From Candidatus Iainarchaeum sp. (GTDB lineage Archaea; Iainarchaeota; Iainarchaeia; Iainarchaeales; 0-14-0-20-30-16): 64,000 nucleotides of DNA. Below, one piece after another: positions 46,950 through 55,885 of this stretch. The translations under genes were made by a program, and so were the position numbers. The notes below the pieces were generated by a model. That model did not search any database and had not been told where the DNA came from. It worked only from the letters and a program-made list of their open reading frames with translations. Numbering within the stretch: the stretch's first letter is position 1; each line of letters opens with the position of its first letter. Where the stretch lies: contig JAQTTP010000001.1 in the NCBI GenBank assembly GCA_028710695.1, positions 140,559 through 204,558 on the forward strand, in the 5' to 3' direction.

Positions 46950-47591
46950 TTATTTTCTCCCCTTATTCTCTTTTATTGTTTTCATAATACTGCGGATGTA
47001 TTCAGCTCGGTTCTTTGAAATTGTATTAATTTCAGATTGTGGTTGAATCATAATATGCACTGGAATCTTATTGAAAATAATTTTTACATAAATTTGGTTT
47101 GTGATTTTGCTGTCTGTGTCTCTGTGTTTTTGGACGGACCCGAAAAAGTTTTCTGGATTTTTCATTCCTTTTATTTTTTGTAATTTATATTTTTTTAAAA
47201 TTAGATCTAAAACTTTGTGGCAGTCTTCCTCCGTTTTTGGTAGAATTTTTATTCCAATGAAATCTGTTAAAGCGTTTTTTAATTCCTTGCCAACAATTTT
47301 ACAGTAGTAATATTTTCGATTTATGCTGTGAATAGTTTTTATTCTTGAAATATAGTCACAAGAAATTCCAGTAAATTTTATTGCAAATTTTAGTTCTTTT
47401 AGAAGCTTTTTTTTGGTGGCAAATAACTCTTTATGGTTTCCTTTTATAGACCTAATTAGTTTGTATTGCTTTGGAATGGTTAGGCGTAAAATTAGGCTTT
47501 TTATGTGGCCAAGAAACATCTCTTTTTTGTGTTTTAGATAAATCCATAAAAAGGAATACATGCTGGGCTCCTTTTTTTTATTTCTATTCAC
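46950..47591 (-). CDS. divergent RelA/SpoT-like (RSH synthetase-fold) nucleotidyltransferase
   Basis: Order of blocks ISRIKT..S..K / DFIGIKIL / DCHKVLDLI / ENFFGSVQKH / VHIMIQPQSE / AEYIRSI mirrors RxKxxxSxxxK / DxxGxRxx / DxY / GYxSxH / ExQIRT of (p)ppGpp-synthetase domains, but with substitutions at catalytic positions. Confidence 0.4.
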   Translation of the reverse strand: MNRNKKKEPSMYSFLWIYLKHKKEMFLGHIKSLILRLTIPKQYKLIRSIKGNHKELFATKKKLLKELKFAIKFTGISCDYISRIKTIHSINRKYYYCKIVGKELKNALTDFIGIKILPKTEEDCHKVLDLILKKYKLQKIKGMKNPENFFGSVQKHRDTDSKITNQIYVKIIFNKIPVHIMIQPQSEINTISKNRAEYIRSIMKTIKENKGRK

Positions 47592-48702
47592 CTAAACTTA
47601 AGTCCCAGTATGTGTATTCATAACCCGATTCTGGATCTTGCGGTGGATTCCAAACTTGGGTTTTTTGGCCAACGGCCCTGTGCCCTTTAGCATTACCACC
47701 AACATGTACTTGTAAATTCTCATATTCTTTGCTTTTTCCTAGTTGTTGATCAGGGCTTTCATCACAATACTCATTTCTTGTAGGTGATGGCGTTTTATCT
47801 ACATTTAACTCTGCAGATATAAATGCTGCCCCGCCATATTGGTCATCATCTGTAAAACCAAATAAACTTTGGTTCTCTGATTCCATGGTGGCAGTTCCAT
47901 TACCTTCTTTGGTTAAAATAACACAGCCGGTATCTACAACCATTTTATAAGTCCACATAAATTTGCCATTCTCGAAATAATAACTTTTTGTACCTACTGT
48001 TTCGCCTAAAACACTATATCTTTTTAATGTTCCACCAACGATGTCTACTTTTGTAAAATAATAAGTATCTTCTGCTTCAGATAAATATTCATATTTAATT
48101 CTACTACAAAGATCTCCTGCACCACTTTGTTTGGTTTCTGCTAATTTTTTTAAATCGTCAAATCCTAATTCGTCACACAAAATTACAATTTCTTTTAATC
48201 TATTTTTGCAAATATATATGTCATTTATTTCTTCTGTTAGTCTATTTTTAATTGTATCTAAAACTATTTTATCTAAATTTGGCAACAATCCAAAACTTTG
48301 TAGTAGTCGTAATGCGTCAATTAACATGCTATTTGTTGAATTGGGGTCGCTGATAATACTTTCAGCCCATTGCTTGATTTTTGCCTTTGTTTGTGCATCA
48401 TATTTATCTGTGTCTGGTAAGCCCCAAATTTTTGCTAAACCTAATGCATCTATCATTTGTTGAGGTGTTGATTTGGGATTATTAAAAGTATCTTCTACAT
48501 TGCCCATAGTATTAGCTTGATTTGCATTCATTTGATCTTTTGATGAATCTCCTGTGCTTGGATAAGTCGCATCATCACCACTTGTTAAGCCAGATTTTGT
48601 TGTACCTAAATTGCTTTCATCAGTTCCTGGAGCAACACAGCCAGACAAAAATATAACTGATACAAAAAAACAGAGAATCAAAGAAATAATTATTTTATTC
48701 AT
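47584..48702 (-). CDS. secreted lipoprotein, Ser/Thr/Asp-rich linker then globular domain
   Basis: Start set at ATG 48702. Signal peptide ends in lipobox LSGC. The 3' end overlaps the RSH-like gene start by 8 nt. Confidence 0.5.
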   Translation of the reverse strand: MNKIIISLILCFFVSVIFLSGCVAPGTDESNLGTTKSGLTSGDDATYPSTGDSSKDQMNANQANTMGNVEDTFNNPKSTPQQMIDALGLAKIWGLPDTDKYDAQTKAKIKQWAESIISDPNSTNSMLIDALRLLQSFGLLPNLDKIVLDTIKNRLTEEINDIYICKNRLKEIVILCDELGFDDLKKLAETKQSGAGDLCSRIKYEYLSEAEDTYYFTKVDIVGGTLKRYSVLGETVGTKSYYFENGKFMWTYKMVVDTGCVILTKEGNGTATMESENQSLFGFTDDDQYGGAAFISAELNVDKTPSPTRNEYCDESPDQQLGKSKEYENLQVHVGGNAKGHRAVGQKTQVWNPPQDPESGYEYTYWDLSLGE

Positions 48703-48755
48703 TATACAAATACTAAATATAACTTTAAATAAGTATCCCAGGCTATTTTTATTAG

Positions 48756-48976
48756 GCAGTAGTGGTCCAGTGGTAAGATAAGAGCTTCCCAAGAACCCTT
48801 TTTAGAAACAAAAAGAAACTTTTGCCCTGGCAAAAGCGTTCTTTAGGTCCAGAAGAAATTTTTGGAAAACAAAAATTGGCTTCTTGAAAAGCGTTCACGG
48901 AAAAAGGAGTGCATAAGGCACCCCAGAATAGGTTCGGAAAGAGCTTTTGACCCGGGTTCAATTCCCGGCTACTGCA
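48756..48976 (+). tRNA. tRNA-Gly (anticodon CCC) interrupted by a ~149-nt intron at the canonical 37/38 position
   Basis: 5' exon GCAGTAG-TG-GTCCAGTGGTAAGAT-A-AGAGC-TTCCCA (48756-48792); 3' exon A-GCTTT-TGAC-CCGGG-TTCAATT-CCCGG-CTACTGC-A (48942-48976). Acceptor halves are perfectly complementary. Intron ends GAACC.../...GGTTC can pair as the central helix of a bulge-helix-bulge. Confidence 0.65.
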
Positions 48977-49042
48977 TCTCTAAGCTTTCTTTTCAAAAAA
49001 GAAAGCTACAGCCTCCCAAAGAAAACCTTCTGGATGATTATT

Positions 49043-49672
49043 ATGGATAAAATGAAGATTATTTTGTTTATATTGGTTTTACTTACTTTTGTTGTTGGAA
49101 TTGTAATCTATCCGTATATGCCTGGTACAGTTGCAAGTCATTGGAATGCCGCGGGAGAAGTAGATGGGCATATGTCTAAATTTTGGGGAGTATTTTTAAT
49201 GCCAATAATTTGTTTGGTATGTATTTTATTGTTTATTTTTATTCCGAAAATGGATCCTCTAAAAAAGAATTTTAAAGCCTTTGAAAAAGAATTTAATTTG
49301 TTTATTTTAGTAATCTTTTTGTTCTTTTTTTATATTTATCTTCTGACTATATTTTGGAATTTGGGTTATGATCTAAATATTGGAAAATATATTACTCCTG
49401 CCTTTGGAATCTTGTTTATATTTGTTGGGCTTTTGTTAAGAAAAGCAAAAAGAAATTATTTTGTAGGAATAAGAACTCCTTGGACTTTGGCTAATGACAA
49501 AGTCTGGGATAAAACCCATCAGTTAGGATTTAAGTTATTTGTAATTATCGGAGTAGTGTGTTTTTTAGGAATATTTTTCCCGGAATATACTTTTTACATA
49601 TTTATTGGGCTTGTATTATTGGTAACAGGAGTATTGTTTTTGTATTCTTATTTAATTTATCGGAGGGGATAA
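49043..49672 (+). CDS. hypothetical multi-pass membrane protein
   Basis: Start moved to ATG 49043 (MDKMKIILF..), downstream of the tRNA; 5-6 TM helices. Confidence 0.45.
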   Translation: MDKMKIILFILVLLTFVVGIVIYPYMPGTVASHWNAAGEVDGHMSKFWGVFLMPIICLVCILLFIFIPKMDPLKKNFKAFEKEFNLFILVIFLFFFYIYLLTIFWNLGYDLNIGKYITPAFGILFIFVGLLLRKAKRNYFVGIRTPWTLANDKVWDKTHQLGFKLFVIIGVVCFLGIFFPEYTFYIFIGLVLLVTGVLFLYSYLIYRRG

Positions 49673-49673
49673 A

Positions 49674-49838
49674 ATGAAATCATTTGTGTTAATATTTGGG
49701 TTGTTGGCATTTTTGTTATTAATTGCAACTATTTTTGTTGGTGTTTTTGGAACCAAATTTAAGATAAAGTCAATATATCACAAGATTTTTGGATTGTTGA
49801 CATTGATTTTTACAATTCTGCATGTTGCATTTGTTTAA
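49674..49838 (+). CDS. 54-aa two-helix membrane mini-protein
   Basis: GGAGGGG RBS before ATG 49674; MKSFVLIFGLLAFLLLIATIFVGVFGTKFKIKSIYHKIFGLLTLIFTILHVAFV. Confidence 0.35.
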   Translation: MKSFVLIFGLLAFLLLIATIFVGVFGTKFKIKSIYHKIFGLLTLIFTILHVAFV

Positions 49839-50998
49839 TCTTTTGCAAAGAAAATATATCCCAGGCTTGCAATTGCTGCAAGAATGAAACAGATAGTAAA
49901 CGGATAAAAATTTAAAATGAAAATTAGCATAAGAAGTGGATAAAATAAAACCCTAATAAAATTGAAATAAAAGTCTCGAATAACTATGAATTTGAAGTAC
50001 CCTTCTTTTTCTGCAAGATCATAGTTTTTTGCGTCATAAGGGATATAAAGAACCTTTTCTGCAACATGTTTGTAAGACTCTATAAAAAATATTTTTGTTG
50101 CTGTGTCTGCGAAAATTCTTGCTACCCATGCAAAGAAGTATAGTGCAGTTCCGAATTTTATCATAAGTTCTTTTTTGTGCTTGTCTGTAATTTTTCCAAT
50201 AAAGTAGAATAGGGCAAGAGATAGTAGCATTGTAAGGGTGACAATTATTCCTGTTTTTTGTGTTGAAACTAAAATAACAATTAGAAATATTGGCCAAATT
50301 ATTTTTCCAACAATTGTTTCAAATGAATAACCTATAAAAGTTACTAGTATTCCTGCGTATTTTTTTGTTAAAAATTCTTTTAACATGTCTTTTGATTTAA
50401 AATTGAGTTCTGTGTAGCAATCGGGAGTAAACATTAAAACTAAAGAACCTAAGATTAATATCATTGAACCAATGATGTACAAGACAACAAAGCCGTAATA
50501 ATATGCAATAAATCCACCTAATACTGGGCCAAGAACAGAAACAATCATTGCTAATGCACTTAAAAAAGAAATTTCTTTGCCTCTATTCTTTCTATCTGAG
50601 TGATTAATGTAGTTCACATGATATCCATTATAGTAGAATGCTCTTCTTATCGCCCAAATTAAAGGGAGAATAACAAATACTGCCCAACTTGTTGTTATGA
50701 AGTATAATCCGATGTAATATAATATTGAGAGGGGGGTAGAAACTAGGATTGCGTGCTTAGCTCCAATCTTTGCAACTGCTTTTGCAACAGGATATGCAAA
50801 AATAACATAGAATAAAGCATCTAAAAGGAAGAAAAGAAGGATTAGGGGGATTGAATAGCCTAAATTATAGAAATAAATTGGAACGAAAATTCCAATCATG
50901 CTTTCTGCAAATGTTGTGATTGTTATTGCAAGATAGAAAAGGTTTAGTTCTTTGTTTTTCAAAAATGGAATTACATGGAAGTTACTAAACAAAGACAT
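49835..50998 (-). CDS. MFS-type transporter
   Basis: 12 TM helices; MFS motif region (RRAFYYNGYHVNYINHSDRKNRGKEI between TM2/3-like loops). Confidence 0.6.
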   Translation of the reverse strand: MSLFSNFHVIPFLKNKELNLFYLAITITTFAESMIGIFVPIYFYNLGYSIPLILLFFLLDALFYVIFAYPVAKAVAKIGAKHAILVSTPLSILYYIGLYFITTSWAVFVILPLIWAIRRAFYYNGYHVNYINHSDRKNRGKEISFLSALAMIVSVLGPVLGGFIAYYYGFVVLYIIGSMILILGSLVLMFTPDCYTELNFKSKDMLKEFLTKKYAGILVTFIGYSFETIVGKIIWPIFLIVILVSTQKTGIIVTLTMLLSLALFYFIGKITDKHKKELMIKFGTALYFFAWVARIFADTATKIFFIESYKHVAEKVLYIPYDAKNYDLAEKEGYFKFIVIRDFYFNFIRVLFYPLLMLIFILNFYPFTICFILAAIASLGYIFFAKD

Positions 50999-51056
50999 AA
51001 TAGAAAAAGAAGAATAAGAAATAAAAAAGAATTGCTATTTTTTGGAAACTATTTGA

Positions 51057-51470
51057 TTATGCTTCTTTTAATTTCCGTAATTCTTTTAGATGGTCTTCTA
51101 AGAATTCGAAATGTGTCTTTACTGGATATTTTTTGCTGTAAGATAATCCTCTTTGAACCATTGCAATCAGAATCGTTCTATAACGTACTTTTAAAGATCT
51201 TGGCATTTCATCTAAAGCATCATTTAAATGTGTTACAAAATTAATTGGGTTAATCATATCAACTGAACTTTCAGATCGTAGGTCTCTAATCTCACGTTCA
51301 AAAGCAACATATCTTTCTCTTTCGTGTAAAAGATTTGCAATTGTTGCCTTTCGTTCTTGGTGAGGTGTTGTTGAATTCTCCCTTGGCTTAAAATGAACTA
51401 CCTCTCCATGTCCTTTTGGCGGTTCTGGTTTTTTAGGTCCAAATCTTCTTGTTACACTCATATTAACCAC
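51057..51470 (-). CDS. hypothetical protein (second gene of a two-gene operon)
   Basis: 137 aa, basic N-terminus; overlaps the upstream gene by 8 nt; no motif recognised. Confidence 0.4.
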   Translation of the reverse strand: MVNMSVTRRFGPKKPEPPKGHGEVVHFKPRENSTTPHQERKATIANLLHERERYVAFEREIRDLRSESSVDMINPINFVTHLNDALDEMPRSLKVRYRTILIAMVQRGLSYSKKYPVKTHFEFLEDHLKELRKLKEA

Positions 51471-51828
51471 GTTTTAATTGTGCAAGCGCTCTTCTAAAAT
51501 ATGTAAAATAAAGTAAATATTTTTTATCTAGTGCTAAAGCCTCTTTTTCTCGCGTGAACAAAAATTCAATTGCTCTTATAATATCAGATCTTCTTTGACG
51601 AACTATTTCTTTTGGTGAATTTCTCATTGCACTATAAAGTGCAGTCATACCATAAATAATTTTTTCATGTGGGCTCATTGCAAACTCAATTGCGGAAGTG
51701 AGTTTTTTTTCTCTGATTTTTCTAACTGCTTCTAAGCCATATTTTTTTTGGTCATATTCAATTCCATAAGTTTTTTTGAACTCTTTTTTTGGTACTTTTC
51801 CAGACATTCTATCTTTTGCTACGACCAT
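51463..51828 (-). CDS. hypothetical protein (first gene of a two-gene operon, divergent from hydA)
   Basis: 121 aa, helical; no motif recognised. Confidence 0.4.
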   Translation of the reverse strand: MVVAKDRMSGKVPKKEFKKTYGIEYDQKKYGLEAVRKIREKKLTSAIEFAMSPHEKIIYGMTALYSAMRNSPKEIVRQRRSDIIRAIEFLFTREKEALALDKKYLLYFTYFRRALAQLKRG

Positions 51829-51878
51829 AATAGTTATTTTGCAGGAATCTTTTTATATTCTTATCACATAATTTTATC

Positions 51879-52970
51879 ATGGAAAAAACTATTGAGCAAC
51901 AAATTTACTTTGATGATCTCGATGGCTTGATAAAAGCAATGACTGCAGAAACGAAAAAAGGAAAAATATTAGTTGCTCAAATTGCACCCGCAGTACGATT
52001 TTCTATTGGAGAATGCTTTGGAGAAAAAGCAGGGATTGATAATACAAAAAAAACAATCTCTTTATTGAAAGAACTTGGATTTGATTATGTTTTTGATACT
52101 CCTCTTGGGGCAGATTTGATTGTTGTTGATGGAGTCAAAAATTTCTTAAAAATGGATTTGAAACATTTTGAGAAGTTTCCAGTTTTTACATCTTGTTGTA
52201 TAGGGTGGAGAAGATTTGCACAAAAAAATTATTTTTATAAAAAACATCTTTCAAAAGAGGTAAGTCCAAATATGGCTTTGGGACTAACAGCAAAAACTTT
52301 TTTTGCAAATAAAATTAAGAAAAAAGCAGAACAAATTGTGGTTGTTGGAATAATGCCTTGTACTTTGAAAAAATATGAAACTTTGTATGAATTCAAAAAA
52401 GGAATAAAATATGTTGATTATGTTGTTACAACAAAAGAGCTCGGGGCTTGGGCAAAGAAAGAAAATATTGATTTTAAAACCTTGAAAGGGCATGAATTTG
52501 ACTATTTACACGAAAGCTCAAAAGAAGGGCTTATGTTTGGGGCTAGCGGAGGAGTAACAGAGGCATTCCTGACGGCTTTGGCAGATAAGCTTGGAGAAAA
52601 AAAGGAAATACTTTTTTTTAGAAATAATAAAAGGATAAAAAGGCAAAAGGTAAAGATTGGAGATCTAGAATTAAATGTGGCTAGTGTTTATGGATTCGGG
52701 GCGCTGGTGAAATTACACAGAGAGATGGATCGTGGAGTAACATACCATTTTGTAGAAGTTATGCAATGTCCTTTGGGTTGTGTGGGCGGGCCTGGGCAGC
52801 CGGAAGCAGGATTTTTTAAAATAAAAAGAAGGGCAAAAGAGTTGAGGAGACATGCAAGCAGAAAGCGTGAACATAGTGCTTTAGAAAACAAAACCGTGGA
52901 TGAGATTAGTGCTTATCTAGAAAAGAAGAAGATCTCTTTGCATTTGCATGAGCATAAAGAGCACAAATAG
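51879..52970 (+). CDS. [FeFe]-hydrogenase catalytic (H-cluster) domain protein, minimal form without F-cluster domain
   Basis: QIAPAVRFSIGECFG; L1 FTSCCIGW; L2 MPCTLKKYE; L3 FVEVMQCPLGCVGGPGQP. All three H-cluster motifs are present, in order. Confidence 0.75.
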   Translation: MEKTIEQQIYFDDLDGLIKAMTAETKKGKILVAQIAPAVRFSIGECFGEKAGIDNTKKTISLLKELGFDYVFDTPLGADLIVVDGVKNFLKMDLKHFEKFPVFTSCCIGWRRFAQKNYFYKKHLSKEVSPNMALGLTAKTFFANKIKKKAEQIVVVGIMPCTLKKYETLYEFKKGIKYVDYVVTTKELGAWAKKENIDFKTLKGHEFDYLHESSKEGLMFGASGGVTEAFLTALADKLGEKKEILFFRNNKRIKRQKVKIGDLELNVASVYGFGALVKLHREMDRGVTYHFVEVMQCPLGCVGGPGQPEAGFFKIKRRAKELRRHASRKREHSALENKTVDEISAYLEKKKISLHLHEHKEHK

Positions 52971-53024
52971 TATCATATTTATATATAAGTTTAAACTCTA
53001 CTTTATATATAACTAGTGACTTCT

Positions 53025-54893
53025 ATGGCCGAAAAAGATCTAAATTATAGTACAACTGCAGAAATTAAAGTTCCTGATAAACTTATCGACCAAGTTATAG
53101 GCCAGGAAAGAGCAGTTGAATTAGTAAAAAAGGCCGCAAAGCAAAGAAGAAATGTTCTTCTTATCGGAGAGCCCGGAACTGGAAAGTCCATGCTTGCAAA
53201 AGGAATGGCAGACATAATGCCTGTTGACAAGTTAGACGATATTTTAATTTACCCTAATAAAATTGATTCTCATACGCCAATTGTAAAAGTTTTGCCTGGC
53301 GGAGAAGGAAAGAAAATTGTTGAAAAAATGACATTAGATGAAAAAGCACAAAAAGATTCAATGAGGTTTGTTTCGTTGATTTTGCCTTTGGGCTGGTTTA
53401 TTCTATCTGTTGTTGCATGGCAAATGGCTTGGATAAGTGATGTTATTTTTGCAGCAGCACTAATTGTGGGCTCATTCTTTGTTGTAGCATCAGCATTATC
53501 TGGGCAGATTAGAATGCCCTTGAAAGTTGTAACTCCTAAACTATTAATTGATAATTCTAAAAAAAATAAAGCTCCTTTTGTAGATGGTACTGGGTCTAAA
53601 GCGGGAGCATTATTTGGTGATGTTAAGCACGACCCATTACAAAGCGGCGGATTAGGAACTCCACCACATTTAAGAGTTATACCTGGAATGATACATAGAG
53701 CAAATAAAGGTGTTTTATTCTTGGATGAAATCGCAACTTTGTCTCCAAAATCACAGCAGGATTTGCTAACTGCAATGCAGGAAAAGAAAGCATCAGTAAC
53801 TGGGCAGAGCGAATTATCAAGTGGTGCAATGGTTAGAACAGAGCCTGTTCCTTGTGACTTTGTTTTAGTTGCTGCAGGAAACTACGAATCTTTACAACAC
53901 TTACATCCAGCAATAAGATCTAGAATTAGAGGTTATGGTTACGAAGTTTACATGAATGTTGACATGGATGATACTCCAGATAATAGAAATAAGATTGTAA
54001 GATTTGTTGCCCAAGAAGTTAAGAATGATGGAAAGATTCCGCACTTTAACAATGAAGCAGTAGAGTTTATTATTTTTGAAGCAAGAAGAAGAGCAAACTC
54101 CAAAAAGAAGCTAAGCTTAAAATTTAGGGAGCTTGGTGGATTAATAAGAGCGGCAGGAGATATTGCAGTTGAAAAAGGAAAGAAAATTGTTGATATGGAA
54201 GATATGATGGAAGCAAAGAAATCTGCAAAAACTTTGGAAGAGCAGATGATAGGAAAGTACATTAATAGAATTAAAGATTATAGTGTGTTTAGTACCAAAG
54301 GAAGAGAAGTTGGAAGGGTAAATGGATTAGCAGTTTTATCTGATGGTGAAACTGGAACTATAATTTCTATTGAAGCTGATGTTGCTCCTGCACAATCAAA
54401 AAGTGAAGGAAAAATTTATGCTACTGGAAAGCTTGGAGAAATTGCAAAAGAAGCAGTACTAAATGTTTCTTCAATAATAAAGAAAGTTTCTAATACTGAT
54501 CTTTCAAGTCATGATATACACATTCAATTTTTACAAAGTTATTCTGGTGTTGAAGGGGATTCAGCATCAATCGCTATTACAACTGCAGTAATATCTGCAA
54601 TAGAGGGAATTCCTGTAAGGCAAGATATTGCTATGACTGGATCTTTAAGTGTTAAAGGAAAAGTAATGCCTGTTGGCGGGGTAACTGCAAAAGTAAAAGC
54701 AGCATTAGATGCAGGTTTTAGAACAGTAATTGTTCCAAAGCAGAATGTGGAAGACATTGTATTAACTGAAGAAGATAAAAAGAAAGTAAGAATTATTTCA
54801 GTAAATAATTTGCACGATGTTTTAAGCCAAGTATTTGAAGATGGAAAACAGATGGATGTTTTCTTGAAAAAACTTAAAAAAGAGTTAGAATAA
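53025..54893 (+). CDS. lon: archaeal membrane-bound Lon protease (LonB)
   Basis: Walker [10 protein letters not shown]; two TM helices inserted in the AAA+ domain; protease domain with [10 protein letters not shown] (catalytic Ser) and K.AL.AG. Confidence 0.85.
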   Translation: MAEKDLNYSTTAEIKVPDKLIDQVIGQERAVELVKKAAKQRRNVLLIGEPGTGKSMLAKGMADIMPVDKLDDILIYPNKIDSHTPIVKVLPGGEGKKIVEKMTLDEKAQKDSMRFVSLILPLGWFILSVVAWQMAWISDVIFAAALIVGSFFVVASALSGQIRMPLKVVTPKLLIDNSKKNKAPFVDGTGSKAGALFGDVKHDPLQSGGLGTPPHLRVIPGMIHRANKGVLFLDEIATLSPKSQQDLLTAMQEKKASVTGQSELSSGAMVRTEPVPCDFVLVAAGNYESLQHLHPAIRSRIRGYGYEVYMNVDMDDTPDNRNKIVRFVAQEVKNDGKIPHFNNEAVEFIIFEARRRANSKKKLSLKFRELGGLIRAAGDIAVEKGKKIVDMEDMMEAKKSAKTLEEQMIGKYINRIKDYSVFSTKGREVGRVNGLAVLSDGETGTIISIEADVAPAQSKSEGKIYATGKLGEIAKEAVLNVSSIIKKVSNTDLSSHDIHIQFLQSYSGVEGDSASIAITTAVISAIEGIPVRQDIAMTGSLSVKGKVMPVGGVTAKVKAALDAGFRTVIVPKQNVEDIVLTEEDKKKVRIISVNNLHDVLSQVFEDGKQMDVFLKKLKKELE

Positions 54894-54907
54894 GCAAGTG
54901 ATAAAGT

Positions 54908-55876
54908 ATGGATGATGTTGCAAAGAAGACAATATTTTTCGGGTTTTTTTTACTTTTGATTTGCTTGCTTGCATATTTTTTATATGATGTATTTTTTGGA
55001 TTTAATTATTGGGTTAAATTGACTTTGCTTATTATTGCAATCCTGATTTTACTAATATTTTTGATTGTAAAAACCGGTGCCTTATTGCTATTGAAAGAAT
55101 ATGAGAGGGCAGTAGTATATAGATTTGGAAAATTATCAAGAGTGGGGGGCCCAGGGTGGATAATGGTAATACCTTTAATAGAAGAGTTCACTGTTGTAGA
55201 CTTAAGGGTTCAAACAATAGATATTCCAAAGCAAAATGTAATTACAAAGGATAATATAATGCTTAGAGTTGATGCATTAGTTTATATAAAAGTTAAAGAC
55301 AAAACAGAAGATGTTGTTAACTCTGTTATAAAAGTTGAGAATTATAAAAAAGCGGCAAGACTATTTATTGAAGCCAATATAAGAGAAGTAATGGGTCAGA
55401 TGCTTTTGTCGGAAATTATAAGTAGTGCAGGGACCTTGTCTGCTAAACTTAAAGCAGAATTGGGTCTAATCGCAAAAGATTGGGGTATTGTAGTTGATGC
55501 GGTTGAGATACAAGAAATTATAATCCCCGAAGAAGTACAAGATGCTATGCACAAAAAAGAAGCAGCAACTCAGAACAAGAAAGCAATAATTGAATTAGCT
55601 GAAGCAGAAAGAGAAAAAATAAATGCTATTAATCAGGCAGCAAGTGGGCTATCAGATAAATCAGTTGTATACTATTACATAAAAGGCCTTGAGGAGATGT
55701 CTAAAGGGGCATCAACGAAATGGATTTTTCCAATGGAGTTTACTAAGCTTGCAGGATTGATTGCTGGGCAAACTTCTGGAACTAAAGTAGAGCAAGAAAA
55801 AATGTATGAATTCCTTGCTAAGTATGGCCCAACTTTCGAGAAATCCTTGGAAAAGGTTAAAAAAGCTAAGAAGTAA
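54908..55876 (+). CDS. SPFH/band-7 (stomatin/prohibitin-like) membrane protein
   Basis: N-terminal TM helix, then EYERAVVYRFGKL...VDLRVQTIDIPKQ...ITKDNIMLRVDALVYIKV band-7 core and a C-terminal coiled coil. Confidence 0.8.
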   Translation: MDDVAKKTIFFGFFLLLICLLAYFLYDVFFGFNYWVKLTLLIIAILILLIFLIVKTGALLLLKEYERAVVYRFGKLSRVGGPGWIMVIPLIEEFTVVDLRVQTIDIPKQNVITKDNIMLRVDALVYIKVKDKTEDVVNSVIKVENYKKAARLFIEANIREVMGQMLLSEIISSAGTLSAKLKAELGLIAKDWGIVVDAVEIQEIIIPEEVQDAMHKKEAATQNKKAIIELAEAEREKINAINQAASGLSDKSVVYYYIKGLEEMSKGASTKWIFPMEFTKLAGLIAGQTSGTKVEQEKMYEFLAKYGPTFEKSLEKVKKAKK

Positions 55877-55885
55877 AGGTATAAT

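Noticed and set aside
48862-49050. 62-aa plus-strand ORF
   Set aside because: It lies within the tRNA-Gly intron and 3' exon, with no RBS, so it is most likely non-coding. A functional intron-encoded peptide cannot be strictly excluded.
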